A DNA stretch of 64,000 nucleotides from NCBI GenBank assembly GCA_963849955.1, contig CAWKJU010000005.1:2886-66885 (forward strand), in the 5' to 3' direction. The DNA comes from an uncultured Cytophagales bacterium (lineage in GTDB: Bacteria; Bacteroidota; Bacteroidia; Cytophagales; JAAEPT01). This document shows, piece by piece, positions 47,798 to 55,593 of this stretch. A program made the position numbers and the translations under genes. Under the pieces are notes generated by a model. It ran no database searches. It was not told the DNA's origin and saw nothing but the letters and a program-made list of their open reading frames with translations. Each line of letters begins with the position of its first letter. Position 1 is the first letter of the stretch.

Positions 47798-49971
47798 ATA
47801 TCCATATTTTCTTTTCTAACTTTATTTAAGACTACTCCAGGAACTTTTTCCCTGACAGAATCTAAGTACTCAAGTGTAACTTTGTCGGACTCTTTTAAAG
47901 TAGTTGTCGCAGAAAATATAGGGAGAATCATTTCAACATATTCTTCGAGTTCCTTGGTCCCTGACGAAGTGTTAAGCGAAGTGCTTTCTATTAACACATA
48001 ATCAAATGTTCTAGTGACATTTTCTATTAACCTCTTAAATGAGTCACCATTAATTACTTCTGATGGAGATTTTCCATTTAACTCACAACCCAAAATGGTG
48101 ATAGCTGGGTTTTGTGTTGGTGATAATTGATCTGAAATGCTATGTGGGTTTTCTAGTGCCTTGGATAAACCTTCTGGGTTAGCTTTATAATATTTTGTGA
48201 TAAAGTTATTGCTAAAGTTGGCATCTATGATTAAAGTTTTCTTTGAAGCTAGCCCTAGTGATTTAGCTAGATTAATAGCTAAAAATGATTTTCCATCTTG
48301 GTCATTATCACTCGTAATTAAGATGGTTTTTTTACCAGATTGAAATACTTCAAAGCGGATACTTTTAAAAAACTCATTTACATGATGAAAAAAAGCAGCT
48401 CCTTTAGTTTTAGTTGGGTCTATTGGCGTTTCAGAATAATACGCTTGTAACTGTTTTTTTGTTAAGAATGGAATAGGGGTGATTAGATGTAGGCCTGTTT
48501 GTTCCTTAATTCGTGACGGAGAACGGATACTGCTATCTAAATAAGCTGTTGTGAGTAGACTTAACACATAAGTAATCATGCAAACAAAACCAGCCATAAC
48601 AATTAACAAACCTCGTTTGGACGATTCAGGCTCGCCAGCTGGTTGGCCAAATTGCACAATTTGAATGGTGTTTTCGGTAACATTTGCAGTGTTTTTTGCT
48701 TTATTAAGTTTATCCATAGCAGATAAATATTCTTCTGAAGCAAGTGTGAGTTCTTTTTGAAGTTGCTTCAAAGCACTTTCGTGCTGAGCAAAGCCAGAGA
48801 TGCCTCGTTGTAACGAAGCAATAGATTGTTTGATAGAGCTAAGGTTTGCTTGTGAAATTCTGATGTCCAGCATCAGGGCTTGCTGTCTGTTCAGAAGTTC
48901 GTCTGTATCGTTATTAGTGGTGGCACGTTGGGCGATAACTAATGATTTAAGTTCCTCACGTTTAGCTTCGACACGGGATTGAAGTCCCATATCTTGAGAA
49001 CCACCATTGATAAATTTTTCATTTAAGTCGTCAATTTCTTCTCTTAGGAAAAAAATCTTCTTATTTCTAGATTCCGTTTTGGTGTCAAGTCCAGATTCTT
49101 TAATCCGTTGGTTTACATCACTTAAAGATATTTGTAACTTTCTTAAGTTGTTGCTTTCTTCTTTAAGTCGGTCATCGTATTCACTTAGTTTGGTGAATTT
49201 TGCTTCCGTCTCAGTATCATAACTCACAAGGTTGTTTTCAGTTTTGTAATTTTCCAGCGCTTGCGTTTTTGTTTCTAAATGTTGTTTTGCTTCTTCAATT
49301 TGTCGGGTAAGGATGTCTACCGATTGACCAGTTTGATTATTATAAATAATTGCATCGTATCTTAAAAACTCTTCCCCAAGTACGTTCACAACAAAAGCAG
49401 AAAGTCGAGGGTTATGTGAACCAAATTTTATCACCACATAATCAGATAGATTCACACGCTTGACGGAAATATTTTTTAAAATGGATTCAGCGTCATATTC
49501 ATAAACTTCTAATATTTCGGTAAGTTTTTTCTCAAACTCGTCATAAGTGGATAGTACTTTTAAACTTTCAAGGTTTGACTTAAATAGCGCTAAGGCAATT
49601 TCTTTTTCTTCTTTATTAAGCTTTGGGGTCTCAGGATCTACTTTTCCTGCGTAAGGTTCCGTGAAAGGGGCTTCATTGCTAGATAAATCATGAATCATTA
49701 ATCGGTAACTCAATAAAGCTAATACAGACTCAGAGGTAATACTTTCCATTAAGTTATTGAACTTAGCAGTAGCCTCGTAAATATTAAACCGCTCTTCATC
49801 GATATTAATTTTCTTTGAAACGGTAAATCCTGTTGCCAACTTAGCTGTAGAAACATAAGTTTTCTTCATGTTCATTGTTAAAAGAAACGCTGCTAGCAAA
49901 CCTATAAAGGTTACCGAGGCAATAATAAACTTGTTTTTGTAAAGTAATTTAAAGAGATATACAATATCCAT
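47794..49971 (-). CDS. Wzc/GumC-like polysaccharide co-polymerase with a degenerate C-terminal P-loop domain
   Basis: Wzz-type N-terminal TM, long coiled-coil periplasmic region, second TM and a C-terminal ILITSDNDQDGKS...LIIDAN...YVLIESTS. Confidence 0.75.
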   Translation of the reverse strand: MDIVYLFKLLYKNKFIIASVTFIGLLAAFLLTMNMKKTYVSTAKLATGFTVSKKINIDEERFNIYEATAKFNNLMESITSESVLALLSYRLMIHDLSSNEAPFTEPYAGKVDPETPKLNKEEKEIALALFKSNLESLKVLSTYDEFEKKLTEILEVYEYDAESILKNISVKRVNLSDYVVIKFGSHNPRLSAFVVNVLGEEFLRYDAIIYNNQTGQSVDILTRQIEEAKQHLETKTQALENYKTENNLVSYDTETEAKFTKLSEYDDRLKEESNNLRKLQISLSDVNQRIKESGLDTKTESRNKKIFFLREEIDDLNEKFINGGSQDMGLQSRVEAKREELKSLVIAQRATTNNDTDELLNRQQALMLDIRISQANLSSIKQSIASLQRGISGFAQHESALKQLQKELTLASEEYLSAMDKLNKAKNTANVTENTIQIVQFGQPAGEPESSKRGLLIVMAGFVCMITYVLSLLTTAYLDSSIRSPSRIKEQTGLHLITPIPFLTKKQLQAYYSETPIDPTKTKGAAFFHHVNEFFKSIRFEVFQSGKKTILITSDNDQDGKSFLAINLAKSLGLASKKTLIIDANFSNNFITKYYKANPEGLSKALENPHSISDQLSPTQNPAITILGCELNGKSPSEVINGDSFKRLIENVTRTFDYVLIESTSLNTSSGTKELEEYVEMILPIFSATTTLKESDKVTLEYLDSVREKVPGVVLNKVRKENMDI

Positions 49972-50106
49972 AGTATTCTTACTGTAAGTCTAAAAGCCTA
50001 ATTTGACTTTTAAGGTTGAAAATATAATGTTTATATAGGTCATTTTTTTTACCTTGAAGAACCTAAATACAAACGAATAACAAAGTAAAAATTTAATAAG
50101 TATAAG

Positions 50107-51285
50107 ATGATGGAAAGTTTGTTTTTTATTTCGCTAGCAGTCGTTTTTTATACCTATTTAGGTTATGGAATTTTACTTTTTGTTTTAGTGAAGATAAAAA
50201 GAGTCTTTCAACCTTCAAAAAAGATGGTGACTGAAGGTTACACACCTTCGGTTACTTTCATTGTTCCGTGCTACAATGAAGGTGATATTATTGAAGAAAA
50301 AATCCATAATTGTTTGGCGTTAAATTATCCTAAAGAACTATTTGAGATTATCTTTATTACAGATGGCTCTACCGATGGTTCCAACCTAGTTGCAGAAAAG
50401 TATCCGGAAGTAAAAGTGATGCATGAGGATAAACGTGCGGGTAAATCTGCAGCAGAAAACAGGTCAGTTAAAGAGGCAAAGGGCGAAATAATAATTTTTT
50501 CAGATGCGAATACTGAGCTTCCTACTGAAGCAATAAATAAAATAGTGAGACACTATGTAGATCCTAAAATTGGCGCTGTATCAGGGGAAAAAAGAATTGC
50601 TGCTAAAGATGCTGATAATGCTTCAGGAGCAGGAGAGGGGATTTATTGGAAGTATGAATCGGCCTTAAAGCGGTTAGATGTCGAATTGTATACCCTAGTA
50701 GGAGCGGCTGGAGAGCTGTTCTCACTTCGTAAATCGCTTTTTCAAGATTTAGAACAAGATACAATCTTAGATGATTTTATGCTCTCTATGCGCATTGCTG
50801 GAGAGGGGTATGTGGTAACGTATGATCCAGAAGCTTATGCAATGGAAACAGCTTCAGCATCGGTAAAAGAAGAATTAAAACGCAAGGTCCGCATTTGTGC
50901 TGGAGGATGGCAGGCTATGGTTCGTTTAGCTTATATCTTAAATCCGTTTAGGAATTTCATATTGTTTTTTCAGTATCTGTCTCACCGGGTTTTACGATGG
51001 AGTGTTACCCCCGTCTTTCTCTTTGCTATGGTTCCTATCAATATTTACTTAGTGATGAAAGCCAGTGAATTTTCTATATACCACGTATTTCTTATTGGTC
51101 AGATAGGCTTTTATAGTTCTGCAATTCTTGGTTGGATATTAGCAAATAAAGAGATTAAAGTAAAAGTGCTTTACGTGCCTTATTATTTTTTAATTATGAA
51201 TTACTCTGTGATTGCAGGCTTTTTTAGATACCTCAATAAATCACAAGCAGCTGCATGGGAACGTTCGGCTAGGGCAAAAAAATAA
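50107..51285 (+). CDS. membrane-bound family-2 glycosyltransferase
   Basis: VTFIVPCYNE, FSDANT and GAAGELF, with C-terminal TM helices. Confidence 0.8.
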   Translation: MMESLFFISLAVVFYTYLGYGILLFVLVKIKRVFQPSKKMVTEGYTPSVTFIVPCYNEGDIIEEKIHNCLALNYPKELFEIIFITDGSTDGSNLVAEKYPEVKVMHEDKRAGKSAAENRSVKEAKGEIIIFSDANTELPTEAINKIVRHYVDPKIGAVSGEKRIAAKDADNASGAGEGIYWKYESALKRLDVELYTLVGAAGELFSLRKSLFQDLEQDTILDDFMLSMRIAGEGYVVTYDPEAYAMETASASVKEELKRKVRICAGGWQAMVRLAYILNPFRNFILFFQYLSHRVLRWSVTPVFLFAMVPINIYLVMKASEFSIYHVFLIGQIGFYSSAILGWILANKEIKVKVLYVPYYFLIMNYSVIAGFFRYLNKSQAAAWERSARAKK

Positions 51286-51314
51286 AAGTCACCTTAGATT
51301 ACCAAGGTGACTTT
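51285..51314. terminator. hairpin between convergent genes
   Basis: AAAGTCACCTT / 8-nt loop / AAGGTGACTTT, with an A/T run on the left flank. Confidence 0.5.
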
Positions 51315-51387
51315 ATCTAATTAATTTTAAGTTGCTTAATTGTCGGATGAGACAATTGTTTTTAAACAACGTTGATTTTTATGAGAT

Positions 51388-52539
51388 TTATTTGACAACA
51401 ACTTTTTCAGTATATGCGTCTCTTTCAGTTTGAATTAAAAGCGTATAAATGCCAGAAGATAGTCCAGACACATTAAATTCCAGTTCACTAGTTTTACCGA
51501 TACTAGCAATCATTTTACCTTGCGTATTCAGCAAATGTGCAGAAACAAGCGACTCAGCTCCCATATCGATTGTAATAGTTTCACTACTAGGATTAGGGAA
51601 AACAGAAATCCCTATTTCTTTGGCTGTTTTGTTAGCGGCTAAATCAGTTATTACTCCTGTTTTACTTTGTTTAAACAACCAAGCCCAAACAGCGTCATTT
51701 TTAAACGTTTTAGTCCATGAATCATGACCTCCGTTTTTGTAAAGAGTAAAGGAGTGATACCCCTTAGGTTCGTTAACACCAATTTCAGCAGTCATAGACA
51801 TGGTGGTGTCGTCACCGTTAATGTCCATATTCATTTGAAATGTATAATCATCTAAAGCTACTGTGTTGTTTATGCCAAAGGGATAAATACCACCATTCAC
51901 AGCTGTGGGGTTTAACCCCGCACTTATGCGCATAAAATTATCACGACTTTTAGTATAGGTTACAGTCCCATCAAGAAAATTATGATGCCCCCACCAAGGC
52001 ATGGTTCTAAGGTATTTAGCAGGATTACTTACTGTTGCTGCTGGACAAATTGCGACTACAGCAGCGGTTGTTTCAGGGTATTTATCTACAAACTGAACCG
52101 CGTTTTTGCCTCCAGCACTAAAACCAATAATATAGACACGGTTTAGATCTATTTTATAAGCAGCTATGATAGCATCGTACATGTCTTTTACTCTGTCTTG
52201 AATGATGTAATTTTGTCCAGAGGCTTGAGGGCAAATAACCACCGCTTCGAATGATTTACCATCGTTTTTGACAATCTGTAAAGGACCTCGATCAATGGTT
52301 TTGTTTAAAGAACTAGAAGTGCCATCACCCCCTTCTCCAGTGCCGGCCATACTAATTATCAAGGGAAATTCAGTATTGCCATCATAGCCATTAGGAAGAT
52401 ATTCTGCATAACCAGTTATCCAGGGTAAGGTATTCATGTCGCTTGTTACTTTGGTGATGGTTCCAGGGGTACCAAAAGGTTGTGCTTTAAGTGCTAGCGT
52501 AACACATAAAAGAACGGTTGATAGTAAGATTGTTTTCAT
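51388..52539 (-). CDS. secreted alpha/beta-hydrolase esterase with T9SS CTD (paralogue of the head domain of the 25105 protein)
   Basis: Signal peptide, FPLIISMAGTGEGGDG, GFSAGG, DKYPE and GGHDSW. C-terminal ISVFPNPSSETITIDM...GIYTLLIQTERDAYTEKVVVK. Confidence 0.8.
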   Translation of the reverse strand: MKTILLSTVLLCVTLALKAQPFGTPGTITKVTSDMNTLPWITGYAEYLPNGYDGNTEFPLIISMAGTGEGGDGTSSSLNKTIDRGPLQIVKNDGKSFEAVVICPQASGQNYIIQDRVKDMYDAIIAAYKIDLNRVYIIGFSAGGKNAVQFVDKYPETTAAVVAICPAATVSNPAKYLRTMPWWGHHNFLDGTVTYTKSRDNFMRISAGLNPTAVNGGIYPFGINNTVALDDYTFQMNMDINGDDTTMSMTAEIGVNEPKGYHSFTLYKNGGHDSWTKTFKNDAVWAWLFKQSKTGVITDLAANKTAKEIGISVFPNPSSETITIDMGAESLVSAHLLNTQGKMIASIGKTSELEFNVSGLSSGIYTLLIQTERDAYTEKVVVK

Positions 52540-52733
52540 AATTATAAGGGGTATGAGTTAATAAAACTAGTTGAAGGTTTTAGTTAATGAATTGTTGCTT
52601 AAAGGTAAGGCTCTCTATTTTTACTGACAAGTAAATAGTCTTTTAATTAAGTAGTTATACTTGGTTTTGATTATTTTTATAGATAGATGAAAATAAAAAT
52701 AAACCTTGGGGTTGAATTTGTAAATATTATACT

Positions 52734-52741
52734 TACTTTTG
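52734..52741 (+). promoter_or_regulatory. -7 box TACTTTTG with a TTG 19 nt upstream (52712-52714); tRNA promoter
   Basis: Matches TTG-N19-TAnnTTTG. The box ends 11 nt before tRNA position 1. Confidence 0.55.
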
Positions 52742-52752
52742 TGTCACCAAAT

Positions 52753-52825
<73 letters not shown>

Positions 52826-52832
52826 CTAAGCG

Positions 52833-52869
52833 AGACTCTTCAGTTAATTCTGAAGAGTCTTTTTTTTTT
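52833..52869 (+). terminator. intrinsic terminator after the tRNA
   Basis: AGACTCTTCAG / TTAATT / CTGAAGAGTCT followed by T9. Confidence 0.85.
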
Positions 52870-53180
52870 AATAATGCTACTTAGGGAACAAATTTCAATA
52901 GGATGTTTAATCAAAAGGCGTTAACAAATCAGTAGTAGATTCCCTTGTTTCAATTTTCTTTTAATTTTTTCAACTTTCTATGCCCCACTCTAATAAAAAA
53001 TGAGTGCTATTGATCGATTTGACTATTGGAGCTTATAGTCAAGATTACCGGTTATACCACAATGCGAGGAGAAACTTGCCTAGAGTGTTTCTGGCATTCT
53101 ACTAGAATCGTCTTATTATCAGGTGTTATACAAATTTCTAAGGGCTGGCATGACTATGGCGCATTTCAGGATTATGTTTT

Positions 53181-53858
53181 ATGAAAATGAAAAATAATAT
53201 GAAAATGTTAAGCCAATATAAATCAATAATAACATCATTTACTTTACTCAACGTCTGTTGTCTGCTTTTTTCTGGCTGTAGTATGTCCTCAACTGCTATC
53301 ACAGGAACATGGATGAATGAAGATACATTAGCACCGCATTACAATCACATCCTAGTGGCTCCGTTTATTTCGGATAACCATATTCGGAATGATGTCGAGT
53401 TTAAATTAGCACAGCAGCTAAGTGAGCGTGATGTTAAAGTTGAAAGGGGGAGCAAGTTTTTACCACAGAAAAATACCGCTTCTACAACTGACAGAGAGGC
53501 TGTTTTTGAATCAGTAAAAGCACAAAAAGTTGATGCGATCCTTACAGTTTCATTAATTGATAAAGAAGCTGAAACGCGCTACGTGCCCGGTTCTTACACG
53601 TATACGCCTTATCCTACGTATTCGTATTACGGTACATTTAGTGGTTATTATAATTATCAGAATCGAAGAGTTTATGAACCTGGTTATTATGTAACTGATC
53701 ACTACTATTATCTTGAAACGAACTTATACGATGCTGAAACCGAAAAATTAATTTGGTCTGCCCAGACTGAAACCTACGATCCAGCAACTATTGATTCCTT
53801 TACTGAAGATTATTCCAAAAAAATAACCGTGCAATTGAGGAAAGATAGTATAATCTAA
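53181..53858 (+). CDS. Tyr-rich lipoprotein, unknown function (DUF4136-like, tentative)
   Basis: Lipobox LLFSGCS. The Tyr-rich segment is YTYTPYPTYSYYGTFSGYYNYQNRRVYEPGYYVTDHYYY. The start may be one of the downstream Met codons. Confidence 0.5.
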   Translation: MKMKNNMKMLSQYKSIITSFTLLNVCCLLFSGCSMSSTAITGTWMNEDTLAPHYNHILVAPFISDNHIRNDVEFKLAQQLSERDVKVERGSKFLPQKNTASTTDREAVFESVKAQKVDAILTVSLIDKEAETRYVPGSYTYTPYPTYSYYGTFSGYYNYQNRRVYEPGYYVTDHYYYLETNLYDAETEKLIWSAQTETYDPATIDSFTEDYSKKITVQLRKDSII

Positions 53859-53897
53859 AAAGTACGGAAATGATAGGTTTAGATGCAGTCCTTTTGT

Positions 53898-53939
53898 TTT
53901 CAGATCACTTTTTTATAGAAAAAAGTGATCTGAAATTTT
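53898..53939 (+). terminator. intrinsic terminator after the lipoprotein gene
   Basis: A 17-bp stem (53898-53914 / 53919-53935) with a 4-nt loop, followed by TTTT. Confidence 0.75.
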
Positions 53940-54137
53940 ATAGCTAAAGGAAAATATTTAGCGCAGCTGTTGTATCGATAATCGATGAATTAGCATCAGT
54001 TAAGTTTGGGATATAGGGTTAGTAAATGAAGTGAATTTTGTAAAGTCCGGAGATTTGAGACTTTCAAAAAATTGAACTAACTTATTTCAGAATTAATAAT
54101 TACTTTTTCGAAACACAAGAAATAGTTTTTAATAGCG

Positions 54138-55019
54138 ATGGATTTCATAGACTACTATAAAACATTAGGGGTAAGTAAAACAGCCACTACGGAAGAAATA
54201 AAAAAAGCTTACAAGAAGTTAGCACGAAAGCACCATCCTGATTTGAATCCAAATGATGCAAATGCTAAAGCTAACTTTCAAAAAATAAATGAAGCGAATA
54301 GTGTATTAAGCGACCCTGAAAAACGTAAAAAATACGATCAATATGGCAAAGACTGGCAACATGCTGATGAATTTGAAAAAGCAAAACGCAGCCAATCTTC
54401 AAATCCTCGAGGAGGTGCTTCAGGTTTTCGCGCACAAACTGGAAGTGACTATTCTGATTTTTTTGAGTCGATGTTTGGTGGCGCAACAGGTGGAGGTGGT
54501 CGCCAAGTGAAATTCAGAGGGCAAGATTTCCATGCAGAATTACAGCTTCAACTGTTAGATGCCTATAAAACGCACAAACAGACCCTAAGTGTAAATGGTA
54601 AAAACATTCGAATTACTATTCCCGCAGGAATAGAAAACGGACAAACCATCAAGATTGCCAATTATGGGAGTCCTGGCATCAACGGTGGTCCCAATGGTGA
54701 TTTATATATAACCTTCGCTATAGCAGAACATGCAGGGTTTAAGCGGGTTGAGAATAACTTATACACAACGGTAGATTTAAACTTGTACACTGCTGTATTA
54801 GGTGGAGAAATTACCATTGATACCCTCGATGGAAAAGTAAAACTGAAAGTACAGCCAGAAACACAAAATGGTACCCAAGTAAAGTTAAAAGGTAAAGGGT
54901 TTCCTGTCTATAAAAAGGATGGGAGTTTCGGAGATTTATTTGTGACCTATAACATTCAAATTCCTACAAATTTAAGTGATCAACAAAAGGAATTATTTAA
55001 GCAATTGTCGAATAGTTAA
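54138..55019 (+). CDS. cbpA: DnaJ-class co-chaperone lacking the zinc finger (CbpA-like curved-DNA-binding protein)
   Basis: J domain (DYYKTLGV...KHHPDLNP), G/F region, two C-terminal beta-sandwich domains and no CxxCxGxG repeats. Confidence 0.8.
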   Translation: MDFIDYYKTLGVSKTATTEEIKKAYKKLARKHHPDLNPNDANAKANFQKINEANSVLSDPEKRKKYDQYGKDWQHADEFEKAKRSQSSNPRGGASGFRAQTGSDYSDFFESMFGGATGGGGRQVKFRGQDFHAELQLQLLDAYKTHKQTLSVNGKNIRITIPAGIENGQTIKIANYGSPGINGGPNGDLYITFAIAEHAGFKRVENNLYTTVDLNLYTAVLGGEITIDTLDGKVKLKVQPETQNGTQVKLKGKGFPVYKKDGSFGDLFVTYNIQIPTNLSDQQKELFKQLSNS

Positions 55020-55030
55020 AAAGTAATACC

Positions 55031-55321
55031 ATGAATTTAGAAAATCTAATATCAGTCGACCATTTTTGCACGAGTCATAACATTGAAATCACTTTTGTTA
55101 ATTCATTGGAACAAAATGGATTAATTCAATTAGTTAGCATTGAAGAAAAGCCTTTTATCGAAGCAGATAAATTACCCGACTTGGAGAAGTTTGTCACTTA
55201 TCATTATGAGTTGGAAATTAATTTGGAAGGGATTGAGACTATTGTTCATTTATTAGGTAAAATAGAGCAGCTACAACTTGAAAATAGAGTCTTACGCAAT
55301 AGGGTATCATCACACTCGTAG
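55031..55321 (+). CDS. chaperone modulatory protein CbpM-like (MerR-like fold)
   Basis: 96 aa, immediately downstream of cbpA, with a C-terminal leucine-rich helix. Confidence 0.55.
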   Translation: MNLENLISVDHFCTSHNIEITFVNSLEQNGLIQLVSIEEKPFIEADKLPDLEKFVTYHYELEINLEGIETIVHLLGKIEQLQLENRVLRNRVSSHS

Positions 55322-55593
55322 TGTTAAATAGTCAAAATGGCTGATGGTGTTATTTACTAATCCCCTTTAATAGTTGAATTATACTTATTATTTTTTTGGA
55401 TAGTGGCAAAAGCCCAATAAAGACCTGTTTAAGATGATTTTTTATTTGTACAGCCTCTATGGAATTAAAATTACTTAATACTAAAACGTTTATAAAGTAA
55501 TATCTCACGTTCATAAATTAGCTCTAACTGATTGGTGTATTTCAATGCATTTTTAATGCAAATAAATTCAATTTTTAACTAAACAACATCACA

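Noticed and set aside
52885-53180. 296-bp non-coding stretch after the tRNA, as a possible ncRNA or integration scar
   Set aside because: I could find only a 12-codon ORF and weak short hairpins. There is no repeat of the tRNA end and no recognisable RNA motif. The evidence is too thin to call without covariance-model searches or transcript data.
54138-55321. cbpA plus a small downstream ORF as a toxin-antitoxin-like pair
   Set aside because: The first gene is a complete J-domain co-chaperone with an HPD motif. The pairing with a small MerR-like modulator matches the known cbpA-cbpM arrangement and is ordinary.
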